Virus record (IMG/VR): IMGVR_UViG_3300028590_000007
Length of the DNA: 61,346 nt
Source: an uncultured virus (IMG/VR IMGVR_UViG_3300028590_000007)
Taxonomy: Duplodnaviria; Heunggongvirae; Uroviricota; Caudoviricetes
Reading direction: 5' to 3' (one strand)
In this document: one piece after another, positions 19,167 through 27,504 of the stretch
Layout: each line of letters begins with the position of its first letter
Numbering within the stretch: position 1 is the first letter of the stretch
Position numbers and translations under genes: made by a program
The notes under the pieces: model-generated
Database searches by the model: none
What the model was told of the DNA's origin: nothing
What the model saw: only the letters and a program-made list of their open reading frames with translations

Positions 19167-19382
19167 TTACAGAGACTTGGACTGGTAGGTGGGGTTGTGT
19201 TTAGCAAAGATATCCCCGAGGATGCGGAGAGTTTTGCTAGGGATTTTGGGTGCTGGTTTCGGAGTCGTGAACTCCGTGATTCCTGCGGACAGGATATCAG
19301 CTGCGGCTTTGTCAGTGGGGGCTGCGCGGGCTTTAGCTGCTAGTGCGAGGAAGAAATCCCCGTCTTTTTTCTTAGCTGCCAT
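19167..19382 (-). CDS. small hypothetical protein inside the Ubl operon
   Basis: 71 aa ORF filling the E2-E1 gap. Confidence 0.7.
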   Translation of the reverse strand: MAAKKKDGDFFLALAAKARAAPTDKAAADILSAGITEFTTPKPAPKIPSKTLRILGDIFAKHNPTYQSKSL

Positions 19383-19385
19383 TTA

Positions 19386-20336
19386 TCAATCCCAGATAGG
19401 AGGGAGGGTTGCGGTGACCGTGCGAGCAATGGTTTTGGGGAACACAATGTGTAGATAGGGAGCAAGATCCCCTTCGTCAGCAATGCGTACTTCAGCGGTC
19501 ATACCTGTCATCGTCTTGGAGACATCGAGGTTACCGGGAGATTCTTCGAGGTCGATGAAGACGTCGTTGAGACCGCGTGGTCCGAAAGCACCACGGGAAA
19601 CCTGCGGGGACATACAGATGCGCCCGTCGTCGAAGATGTTATAAAGCGGAGGCTGATACAGGCGCTTGGTGGACTGCTCGACCATGTAGATGTACTGGGA
19701 GACATATCCCGGTTCACTGCGAGAACCAGCCTGCTCGGGATGGCTCTGACGTTGAACGAACATCACTTTGTCAAAGCCACACTCCTTGGCATTGATCGCG
19801 CACTTCCAGTTCATGGAGTTCTGGTTGAGATAGTGTCTGGAGTACTCCAGACCACCGCGATCCATATTGCTGGTGTATGGCTTGAACTTGATGGTTTTCG
19901 AAGCACCATCCCAGTAAGGAACAAATGCACCGTTCCAAGTGCAGTAGTCCATGATCCAGATCTGCCAGATTTCACCGGCACGTTTCCACATCGACCATTT
20001 GATGTCTTGTGCGACACCATCCACCTGAACCATCCGTTCAGTGGCCCTCATGATAGGTTCGAATGTGTCGCCACCAGTGATGTGCGAAGCGGCGATCTGT
20101 TCCACTTCCTCAATGGTGATTTTGGCAAGGGTGAACTCACCGGGTTTGACCGATGGCATGAAGGCCATCATTGACGTTGCTGGTTTGTCCACTCCGATCA
20201 CGAAACTACTCGCAGCAGGACGCTGGATAGCTTCATAAACGATTGCATCGCCAGCAGGCGGTGCAGGTGGCGGACCTCCAGCGATATCAGCTGCGACTGC
20301 GGCAGCTTCTTCTTGTGGGGCAGCGGTTGCGCTCAT
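19386..20336 (-). CDS. prokaryotic E2-like (UBC fold) protein
   Basis: LYQPPLYNIFDDGRICMS...SPGNLDV resembles the P-x-x-N-[IV]-x-x-DG-x-IC catalytic signature of prokaryotic E2 family D (PRTRC protein B type). Confidence 0.8.
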   Translation of the reverse strand: MSATAAPQEEAAAVAADIAGGPPPAPPAGDAIVYEAIQRPAASSFVIGVDKPATSMMAFMPSVKPGEFTLAKITIEEVEQIAASHITGGDTFEPIMRATERMVQVDGVAQDIKWSMWKRAGEIWQIWIMDYCTWNGAFVPYWDGASKTIKFKPYTSNMDRGGLEYSRHYLNQNSMNWKCAINAKECGFDKVMFVQRQSHPEQAGSRSEPGYVSQYIYMVEQSTKRLYQPPLYNIFDDGRICMSPQVSRGAFGPRGLNDVFIDLEESPGNLDVSKTMTGMTAEVRIADEGDLAPYLHIVFPKTIARTVTATLPPIWD

Positions 20337-20351
20337 TTAGGGTGTTGTAGA

Positions 20352-20398
20352 TAAAAACAAAGAAAGAGGGGTGACACACGTTTCCGCATGTCACCCCC
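20352..20398 (-). terminator. Rho-independent terminator between Ubl and E2 genes
   Basis: GGGGTGACATGCG-GAAA-CGTGTGTCACCCC followed by TCTTTCTTTGTTTTT. Confidence 0.85.
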
Positions 20399-20481
20399 GC
20401 AGTTTGTTGCCACCTCCGATATGGACTATCAAAGGTAGCCCGTGAGTGAGGTTCAGTCTTCCCGAACCTCACTCTGGATAA

Positions 20482-20931
20482 TTATGCCAATGCCTTGGAC
20501 GAGGCGACGGTTTGGACAGTGATGACATCACCGGCCGAAAGCGTCACGTTGGATTCAGAGCCGTTGACGAACACGCGGATGTTCGAAGGAAGAGCGAAGT
20601 CCTCCTTGAACTGACGGTCGTTTTGAAGCGTAGAGGTGGTGGTGCCGTACGGGACGTAGAAGTCGCTGCGGTTGCCATTGACATGGACAATCACTTTGAC
20701 ACGTGCAGCTGCCTTGGACGAGGCAACGGTTTGCACTTCGACGATGTCCGAAGCGGCGAGTCGCTTGTCCGCAGTAGAACCGTTAACGATAATACGGATG
20801 TTCGAAGGAAGAGCGAAGTCCTCCTTGAACTGCCGATCACTGGCGAGAGCCGAGGCGTAGGTACCGGTTGGAACCCACCAGGTGTTGGTATTGCCGTTGA
20901 TTTTGACTGCGATTTTGATGCGAGCTGCCAT
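20482..20931 (-). CDS. tandem di-ubiquitin-like (beta-grasp) precursor protein
   Basis: 149 aa = Met + 2 x 73 aa gapless units + LA; beta-grasp pattern; each unit ends VQTVASSKA; first gene of the E2/E1/JAB cluster; start reassigned to ATG 20931. Confidence 0.85.
   Translation of the reverse strand: MAARIKIAVKINGNTNTWWVPTGTYASALASDRQFKEDFALPSNIRIIVNGSTADKRLAASDIVEVQTVASSKAAARVKVIVHVNGNRSDFYVPYGTTTSTLQNDRQFKEDFALPSNIRVFVNGSESNVTLSAGDVITVQTVASSKALA
20491..20928 (-). repeat. 219-bp tandem coding repeat (2 units)
   Basis: Identical block cggatgttcgaaggaagagcgaagtcctccttgaactg recurs about 219 nt apart (near 20577 and 20796). Confidence 0.95.
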
Positions 20932-21080
20932 ATAGGTGGTTGTGTCTGTGTAGTGTGGTGTGCTCCTTGGAGCGGTATATATACAGACGCTCTCCCCTAC
21001 AGGAGATGTTTTTAAAATGCCAACCACATGATGCCGAAAGTAATCCTAGAGGATTAAGTGCTTACGCACTCTATAGCAGC

Positions 21081-21527
21081 TTAGGCAGCAACCTTTGGAG
21101 TAAGGTCGATGAACTGAGCGGCGGCGCCAATTCCATGGCTGGTGATGATTTCGCGAACACGTCGCTTGCCGCTAATGGAGAGACCGCGAACGGGGTTCCA
21201 GTAGTAGCCAGTGTCGTGTAGCTGCGTCAGATCCCGGAGGAATCCAACGGGAAGGTCTGCGACGGCGTGGTGCAGGTAGTGGCGGTATCGAGGCGACAGC
21301 AACGATTCAGCACCAAGACCTGAGCCATTCACACCGTCGGCCAACATCTGCTCAACGTCGGCGAATCGTCCAAGAGCGCAACACTCACCCTTCAGGTTGA
21401 AGAGTTTGTTAGGCACCCGACGCTTGGTATCCGCACCGTAATGCGAGATGGTGTCGTCGAGGGCATGCGCCATACGATGGGATTGAGGAATTTCGGAGCT
21501 GTAGCAAGGGGCGAGATTTAGAGCCAT
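21081..21527 (-). CDS. hypothetical protein
   Basis: 148 aa ORF (CCALGR, LTQLHD motifs). Confidence 0.8.
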   Translation of the reverse strand: MALNLAPCYSSEIPQSHRMAHALDDTISHYGADTKRRVPNKLFNLKGECCALGRFADVEQMLADGVNGSGLGAESLLSPRYRHYLHHAVADLPVGFLRDLTQLHDTGYYWNPVRGLSISGKRRVREIITSHGIGAAAQFIDLTPKVAA

Positions 21528-21652
21528 TCTCTTTTATTAGGTGATGGGGTTGTTACATCACCAGATGGACCCCGGAACTGTCCTTCTGATGTCTCCGACC
21601 AAAGGCACTGATCGTGACGATAATATACCTGAATACCACAAGAAGGGTTATC

Positions 21653-21856
21653 TTAACCGAGGCTCAGCGTATAGCACACAACTCGGTAATTCGCAGGGTT
21701 GCGATTGTAGCGGCTCTTCTCTTGTCGAGCGAGGCTACGGGTCGGTTGTACGGACGCAATGGTACCGTTGTCTTTACGTAGAACAGCCCAGAGACGTTCT
21801 GGCTCTGGCAGGTTGTAGATAGTACCTTCTTGTTTTTTGATGCTAGTGCTTTGCAT
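21653..21856 (-). CDS. small hypothetical protein
   Basis: 67 aa ORF starting 4 nt after the upstream stop. Confidence 0.6.
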   Translation of the reverse strand: MQSTSIKKQEGTIYNLPEPERLWAVLRKDNGTIASVQPTRSLARQEKSRYNRNPANYRVVCYTLSLG

Positions 21857-21859
21857 TGT

Positions 21860-22642
21860 TTATGTTCCCAGTAACTCACACTGTCTCTCGAACGGGAGTG
21901 TCGAGAAAAGTGTGAAACCAGTTCCCATCGCTTCCACGGCTCGTGCCGCTTCAGACCCCGCTACTTGTCCTGACCGTAGCGGTTGGGCGAAACTTTTATC
22001 GGTGGTCCGGAAAATCAGACCGTGCGGATCGAACGGAAGTCCGATGTCATCCGCCTCCTTTTTGGAGAAGACGACCTTGCTGAAACGCAAATCGTGATCT
22101 TGGATCAGTTTGATCTGCGTACTTTCAGTAGACGCAACCAGAGAGAAATTGAGTGGGACCTTATCCCGGTTGTTCACCCAGTAGCCGAGGCTAGTAGTCT
22201 GGGCGTGGAACTTGACCTCAGGATGTTCGGATGCTGCTTTCATCCAAGCCTTGAAGTAGTTCTCTGAAAAGAAGTCGCCCGAATAATGGACGATCATTTC
22301 CTTTGCATCCTTGGGGATGTTATTGCTGATGATGCCAGCCATCTCATCAACCGAGTCTCCTGCTGCAGCGAGCACTGCATAGTTCCTCTGGCGTCGATTG
22401 TAGATGTGGGGCGCCAGTTCCATGACGGCGCTATAGCACGTAAACCTTTCACCTGACTCTAGTGCAAGGGTGGACACGATCTCTCCCTCTAGGCGCTGAC
22501 TGTGCACCTTGGAGAGAGAACCTACGCCGCGATATGGACAGGTCCAGCCAGCGGGTAGGGAGAAGGTCAGGACATTTTTATCGACGTATGGTGCTCCAGC
22601 TTCAAAGAAGAGGCTATCGTCGCACAGGGTGAGATCAATCAT
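21860..22642 (-). CDS. GP88-like phage protein (degenerate radical-SAM-like)
   Basis: FSLPAGWTCP...CYSA...HYSGDFFSENYFKAW...PEVKFHAQT...PLNFSLVAS pattern. Confidence 0.7.
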   Translation of the reverse strand: MIDLTLCDDSLFFEAGAPYVDKNVLTFSLPAGWTCPYRGVGSLSKVHSQRLEGEIVSTLALESGERFTCYSAVMELAPHIYNRRQRNYAVLAAAGDSVDEMAGIISNNIPKDAKEMIVHYSGDFFSENYFKAWMKAASEHPEVKFHAQTTSLGYWVNNRDKVPLNFSLVASTESTQIKLIQDHDLRFSKVVFSKKEADDIGLPFDPHGLIFRTTDKSFAQPLRSGQVAGSEAARAVEAMGTGFTLFSTLPFERQCELLGT

Positions 22643-22905
22643 GTGGTGAGAATAAAACTAGCTACGTACCCACGAACATGTGGTGGGCAGGCTTCCAGTC
22701 TTGGATATATCACCAATGAAGATTTGTCGTTTGCCGGTCGATAGAATACCACGGGAAGCTGCTGTTCCCTAAATGCCAAAAACGTCGAGGGGTTAACCTC
22801 GACGAGACGACAGTGTTCAGCGAGAGCATACCGACTACCCTCGCTTTTAACAAACTCTTCAATCTCTCGGTTAGAGATCTTGTTCGAGAATAATTTCCGT
22901 TTCAC
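22639..22905 (-). CDS. hypothetical protein
   Basis: 88 aa ORF, ATGA-coupled to the next gene. Confidence 0.65.
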   Translation of the reverse strand: MKRKLFSNKISNREIEEFVKSEGSRYALAEHCRLVEVNPSTFLAFREQQLPVVFYRPANDKSSLVIYPRLEACPPHVRGYVASFILTT

Positions 22906-23104
22906 TTCCGGCGTTGGTGATCAGCGCAACGAACTCCATGTCTTTCGTTCGGTCGGCTGCATATTCGTCGGTAAGGTCCTCCTGAATCTCTTTAATGAAC
23001 TTAGCCTCGGATGTGTTGTACACACGGGTGACCGAGATGTATTGCTCATCGTCTACGAGGTAGTCAGGGAGACGGAAGATTGCTGTCGCTTTTTTGGTCA
23101 TCAC
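22871..23104 (-). CDS. hypothetical protein
   Basis: 77 aa acidic ORF. Confidence 0.65.
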   Translation of the reverse strand: MMTKKATAIFRLPDYLVDDEQYISVTRVYNTSEAKFIKEIQEDLTDEYAADRTKDMEFVALITNAGSETEIILEQDL

Positions 23105-23202
23105 TTAAAAAGGATTAACCAATGGGCGTAGACACATTGTTGTGACATATATGTTTACGCTCATTAGTATATAACACAAATACGCTTTTTTTGCCTATTT
23201 GC

Positions 23203-23655
23203 TTATGGTTGGATTACGCGTGCTTTTGGACCGTAAACTCGTTCGATGTATTTGACACCGTCACGAGCAAGGTCGCGGTTGGTAATGATCAGATGACCAT
23301 CTTCACCAATGGCAACCGCTTTGCGTTTCTTGAGTGCTTCGCGGGCACGTGCGGTTTCACGAGGAGAGTTCGAGTGCTTGAGGATAAGCTCATCAGGCGT
23401 GGTCGGATCTTCAATGGTTTCAGCTGCGTAAACTTCGAGGGCAACTTCGTGAACCTTTGCAGCTTTAGCGGCATCTTCCTGCGAGGGAGCTTCCAGTTGC
23501 TTAGCTGCTTCTGCTTGTACCTGATCTAGCAGAGCTTGGATTTCGATATCTTCCTGAATACGCGCAGTAGCTTCTGCAATGATATCAAGTTCTGTAACCT
23601 TCTCAGCCTTTGGCTTTCGGGTACGCTTTTTCTTAGGGGTGCTGTCTTCGGACAT
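23203..23655 (-). CDS. hypothetical protein
   Basis: 150 aa from ATG 23655. Confidence 0.75.
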   Translation of the reverse strand: MSEDSTPKKKRTRKPKAEKVTELDIIAEATARIQEDIEIQALLDQVQAEAAKQLEAPSQEDAAKAAKVHEVALEVYAAETIEDPTTPDELILKHSNSPRETARAREALKKRKAVAIGEDGHLIITNRDLARDGVKYIERVYGPKARVIQP

Positions 23656-23686
23656 AGGCCGTGTATCGTTTATTTTTGGAAATGTG

Positions 23687-24166
23687 TCAACTATGTTTTT
23701 TACGCTTAGTGTCAGAGATTCCAAAAATCTCTTGTCCTATAACCATGAAGGCAGCCGGATCTTGAGGTTCCCCCACGAAATAGTGTGGGAGTTTCTTGGC
23801 TGATTTCCAGAACTCTGCGTAGTCCTCGTCGTCGATCTTAACGCTATGCGACTCAGCTTGTTTGTTACCCTGAGCGTCGATGATCTTGCTTGCCCTGATC
23901 TGCGGGTACTGCATACGTACAGTTTCACTCTGACGCCATTTTTGCCAAATGCTGAACGCAAGCGGACCGGCATGGGACTCATTGTCCGCGTACACAAAAA
24001 CACCATCGTATCCTTGCTCAGACGCAGACTCGTCAACGGGAAGTCGAACGTAGAATGGCAGCATTGCTCGTTCTACGGTAGTGCCTCCGCCTTTCATCCT
24101 AAACCTCGCCAGCTTACGTTTACACGCAGTGGCAGTCATTCCTTTAATCTCAATATTACCGGGCAT
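23687..24166 (-). CDS. hypothetical protein
   Basis: 159 aa from ATG 24166, just after the upstream stop. Confidence 0.75.
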   Translation of the reverse strand: MPGNIEIKGMTATACKRKLARFRMKGGGTTVERAMLPFYVRLPVDESASEQGYDGVFVYADNESHAGPLAFSIWQKWRQSETVRMQYPQIRASKIIDAQGNKQAESHSVKIDDEDYAEFWKSAKKLPHYFVGEPQDPAAFMVIGQEIFGISDTKRKKHS

Positions 24167-24167
24167 A

Positions 24168-25136
24168 TTAGTCTTCCTTTTCTTTGTCGAAATAGTCCTC
24201 ATCCTCATCATCGTCCACGTCGTTATCGCGGTCTTTCAGGATGGTGTCGATGATGCTGCTTCCAAAGTCTTCGTCATCATCATCCTCATCGTCTTCATCA
24301 AGTCCACCTCCTTGGACCATAGCTTGGAACAATCCGAATGAGGCACGTTCGTCGTCTTCATCCTCATCAAAGTCCTGCGGTTGGGCAGCAGCAGCGTCCG
24401 TACGTGGGACAAAGTCCTGTGCAATGAAGTAAGATTCGAGCTTCTGGTCGGACAGAGCTGAGTTAAGCAGGACGTTTACGATATCCACAGGAATACCGTC
24501 TCCGTACTTGTGGTCCGCGTCTTCGTAAATCAGGCGGTCAAAGTCGAGAGTAAGCTTGGTGCCTTTAGGGAGCTTACCGTACTTACGCTGAAGAGTGACT
24601 TTCGTAGGGGTTCCTTGGTAGAAGTCAATCCGACCAGACGGTAGTAGGCTGATTCCACTGTTGTCGCCTTCATCACGCGAAAGGAAAGTCATGGACTGCA
24701 CAATGGGTACGACTTCCTTGTTAAGGGTATCGAAAAGCAGTATAAAATAAAGTTTGGCGAGTTGTTTGGAAGCACAGCCCTTGACCAACACTCCATTGGC
24801 GGCAAGTTGCTCTTCTTCAATGAACTCTTCCCCTTCTGGGATCAGTTCCGCAGATCCGTGGATGGTGAGACATCCCGGGGTAATGGAGATGTTATGCATG
24901 ATGGTCTTGACGATCTCAAGACGTGAGGTTTTCTTTCGTTCTAGGAAAGTCGCGATAGCCTCATTGGCGTAAAGATCAGGCAGTTCCTTTTCGACGATGG
25001 CTCTGAGAATATCGTTCTCAGGAAGTCCTTGATCGTCAATGGCAACTAAAAAAGAACTCAACGCTGGGACCAGTTCCGCGAGCTGTCGCATCGCGGGGTC
25101 TAGGAAGAGTTTGGAGGCAGGGTCGTTGCGTTTCAT
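24168..25136 (-). CDS. hypothetical protein with highly acidic C-terminal tail
   Basis: 322 aa; Asp/Glu runs in the last 70 aa. Confidence 0.85.
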   Translation of the reverse strand: MKRNDPASKLFLDPAMRQLAELVPALSSFLVAIDDQGLPENDILRAIVEKELPDLYANEAIATFLERKKTSRLEIVKTIMHNISITPGCLTIHGSAELIPEGEEFIEEEQLAANGVLVKGCASKQLAKLYFILLFDTLNKEVVPIVQSMTFLSRDEGDNSGISLLPSGRIDFYQGTPTKVTLQRKYGKLPKGTKLTLDFDRLIYEDADHKYGDGIPVDIVNVLLNSALSDQKLESYFIAQDFVPRTDAAAAQPQDFDEDEDDERASFGLFQAMVQGGGLDEDDEDDDDEDFGSSIIDTILKDRDNDVDDDEDEDYFDKEKED

Positions 25137-25182
25137 TTGCGTCGACCCTACCTCCTAGTCATTCTTTGTCAAAGGAAAAGTT

Positions 25183-25512
25183 TCAGATTCCTGCGAATTC
25201 TGTAATCTGATCCAGACGTTCCGTATCCCGCTCAGTGAGACCGACAATCGCGGTCCCTTTAAGCAGTCTGATAGGAATAGTTTCACGAACACCTTTCACT
25301 TCCACCACCAGCGTCGTACTACCGACGAGAGTTGCTGGAAGGTCCGGAATGACCGCGTCAATTGGCGCGTCACCCGACATAATCTTCAACTTGCCATCCA
25401 CCACTCGATACTCCGGTGAAGGAGCGGCTGACGAGGGAGGCGGCTGGGGCTTTTGTGGTTCTGCGTCCACGTGGAGCTTACCACCAACGATTTTATGGGA
25501 TGGAGTCTTCAT
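25183..25512 (-). CDS. hypothetical protein with internal repeat (HKIVGGKLHV / YRVVDGKLKI)
   Basis: 109 aa ORF. Confidence 0.7.
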   Translation of the reverse strand: MKTPSHKIVGGKLHVDAEPQKPQPPPSSAAPSPEYRVVDGKLKIMSGDAPIDAVIPDLPATLVGSTTLVVEVKGVRETIPIRLLKGTAIVGLTERDTERLDQITEFAGI

Positions 25513-25649
25513 ACTGGCTTGGCTGTGTGTAACTTATATTGTTGCAAGTACTTGCGAGACCTGCTTTGCGTGCAACATACCGGGACTGATAATGAATGCC
25601 TTAGGGATATTAAAATATTCCCCTGCAGTAGTCTTGCAAGTATTCACTA

Positions 25650-26285
25650 TTATATAGCCCAGACATCATCGAAGTTGCCGGGTCTCAGAATGAACTTTCT
25701 GATCCGACCGATACCAGATCCGTATTCAACCATACGTCTGATGTTTTCCACAAGGGGAAGCTTGGGAAAAGTCTCAAACAGGTGAACAGAGGGATCCAGT
25801 GTGACGATATCCAGATGGATGGCGGTGATCTCTTCCTTGTCGTCCAGCTCCACATGGATGTGCTTGCCCACTTTGACACGCGCAGGGGCGGAGCTATCCT
25901 CGAAGCGGGTGGTATCTCCGGTAATAGCCGCCCATCCAGCTGCACTCGGATTGTCGAGAGCCTTGATCAGGAACTCTTCATACTTGGTACCTATGGAGCG
26001 AGAGGAGGAATAGACATCCTCTTCATCGGCATCCATAAGGGCGGTGTTCTTACCCTCACGGGAGGAGTACCCGTTATCCGTAAAGTCAGGAACAGTTTCC
26101 CTAAGCAGAGTATAAGGGTCCTGCAGGCAGAGCTGCAAGGCCCGTAGATGCATCACCGGATAGGAATCTTCCGGAAACTGCAGAGTGTAATTTTTCACTA
26201 CTCCACCTGATTTGACGTAGCCATTCAGCTGAAAGCTTTTATGGCTGGACTCAAGGTCGAGTAGTAGGTCTAGTGTTTTTTGCAT
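25650..26285 (-). CDS. hypothetical protein
   Basis: 211 aa ORF. Confidence 0.8.
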   Translation of the reverse strand: MQKTLDLLLDLESSHKSFQLNGYVKSGGVVKNYTLQFPEDSYPVMHLRALQLCLQDPYTLLRETVPDFTDNGYSSREGKNTALMDADEEDVYSSSRSIGTKYEEFLIKALDNPSAAGWAAITGDTTRFEDSSAPARVKVGKHIHVELDDKEEITAIHLDIVTLDPSVHLFETFPKLPLVENIRRMVEYGSGIGRIRKFILRPGNFDDVWAI

Positions 26286-26469
26286 GTATGTGTGAACGCG
26301 GTTTAAATACGGCCTCGGTAATCAATAAGACTAACCAGACCGCCAGAAATATAAGTGGGAGACTTGATGGTGGGGCACCTAGTACCATCATGAATAGATT
26401 GACTAAACTGATGACTACAAGACAGTAGCCAGCGGTTTTGCGTAGTGTTACCAAATGTCTGAATGTCAT
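26251..26469 (-). CDS. small two-TM membrane protein
   Basis: Two hydrophobic stretches; ATG 26469. Confidence 0.65.
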   Translation of the reverse strand: MTFRHLVTLRKTAGYCLVVISLVNLFMMVLGAPPSSLPLIFLAVWLVLLITEAVFKPRSHIHAKNTRPTTRP

Positions 26470-26474
26470 GTTTT

Positions 26475-26585
26475 CTAGGGGTTGAATATTATCTGAAGTA
26501 TAGCGGAAGCTGTTCGACTGCACGCATACACCTGCACACATACAGCGACAACTATGATGTACTTGATTATAGAGCGGGTACTCAA
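26475..26585 (-). CDS. possible 36-aa hydrophobic peptide (TTG start, TAG stop)
   Basis: TTG overlaps the upstream TGA; MSTRSIIKYIIVVAVCVQVYAC...; fills the gap between two membrane-protein genes. Confidence 0.35.
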   Translation of the reverse strand: MSTRSIIKYIIVVAVCVQVYACSRTASAILQIIFNP

Positions 26586-26752
26586 GCCGTTGTGTAACCC
26601 ATAATGATGACGATAAGGATGACCGTAGTTACGGCACTCCATGCTCCTGCTCTAGTGGAGGACAACTGGAAAATGAGAGCCGATAAAAGAAGAGCACCTA
26701 CAATGCTCATAATTGCCCAGTCCTTGTCGGTAAGTTGTATGTCAACTGTCAT
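26582..26752 (-). CDS. small two-TM membrane protein
   Basis: 56 aa from ATG 26752 with two hydrophobic helices. Confidence 0.65.
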   Translation of the reverse strand: MTVDIQLTDKDWAIMSIVGALLLSALIFQLSSTRAGAWSAVTTVILIVIIMGYTTA

Positions 26753-26768
26753 AAAAAGGAAACCCGGG

Positions 26769-27263
26769 TTATCCCCGGGTCTTTTTGGTTTTCTTTTCTT
26801 GTGGTAGTCTTTTGTACCCTTTGCTTTCGAGTACACTTGCTATGGCTTCCAAGTCCCGCACCAGACGCGGAAGGTACAGCGGCTGCTTGTACTTATAGAG
26901 AAACATCTTGTGCTTCATCTTAAAGACAGCATCCTGCATACCCTTCGCGTCCACTACAGTATGCTTAGAAGTGATTGGAGAATCCTTGGCCTTACGTTTG
27001 GGACCAAAGATGAAGTCGCCTTTGTAGAGGATTTCCCTTCGCAGGACATTGTCAGTATCCCGGAAGGATTCTTGTAACAGGAACTTAGGTTGTAATTCGA
27101 ACGTATCCCTGCCGAAATTATCACGAAGAAACTTGTATACCTTCATTTCGTGCTTGGAGTCGAATACCACGCCATCTTCCGTACGAGCTTCCTTGGCAGA
27201 CACGATAATGCGGCTGCCTCGTTTTTCTCTTCCGAAAGGATTGACTCCTGTTTCCTCTGACAT
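26769..27263 (-). CDS. DUF1064-like PD-(D/E)XK endonuclease
   Basis: DGVVFDSKHE, ELQPKFLLQESF, YKGDF, VVDAKG, KHKMFLYKY. Confidence 0.85.
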   Translation of the reverse strand: MSEETGVNPFGREKRGSRIIVSAKEARTEDGVVFDSKHEMKVYKFLRDNFGRDTFELQPKFLLQESFRDTDNVLRREILYKGDFIFGPKRKAKDSPITSKHTVVDAKGMQDAVFKMKHKMFLYKYKQPLYLPRLVRDLEAIASVLESKGYKRLPQEKKTKKTRG

Positions 27264-27294
27264 GTACGTCTACATACCAGTTACATGGAGAGTG

Positions 27295-27504
27295 TCAACT
27301 CTTTGTAGCAACTTCCAAATCAGTTACCCCAATAATTTCTATTCCTAGGAGATTACCTTTGTTGTCAGCATCTACGACAACCGTAACGCCGTCTACAGAG
27401 GTGAACGACTTGGACATACGCACACCTTCGTAACCTTCGGCAACATGCATATAGATCATGCCGCCTTGCTTGGGGCTTATTTCTACTTTCAGTTTTTTGG
27501 CCAT
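27295..27504 (-). CDS. DUF2283-like protein
   Basis: IYMHV...VVVDADNKGNLLGIEII. Confidence 0.7.
   Translation of the reverse strand: MAKKLKVEISPKQGGMIYMHVAEGYEGVRMSKSFTSVDGVTVVVDADNKGNLLGIEIIGVTDLEVATKS

Noticed and set aside
18438..20931. ThiF plus beta-grasp protein as a thiamine/molybdopterin sulfur-transfer module
   Set aside because: No C-terminal GG, no CxxC Zn sites in E1 and no cofactor biosynthesis genes; E2 and JAB neighbours point to conjugation.
12557..21027. Longer N-termini in the ORF track (13909, 17084, 21027; also 4059, 12357, 48071, 48687)
   Set aside because: The extensions run through terminators or upstream genes; downstream ATGs give coupled or properly spaced starts.
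24168..24400. Asp/Glu-rich tcatcg-type low-complexity DNA as a functional repeat
   Set aside because: It simply encodes an acidic protein tail; similar tracts occur at ~4990-5050 and ~49660-49740.
25650..25680. C-terminus FDDVWAI as another copy of the EPxTEEYxF tag
   Set aside because: Too weak: it lacks EP and the penultimate Phe, and its end coincides with the GCTATATAA element.
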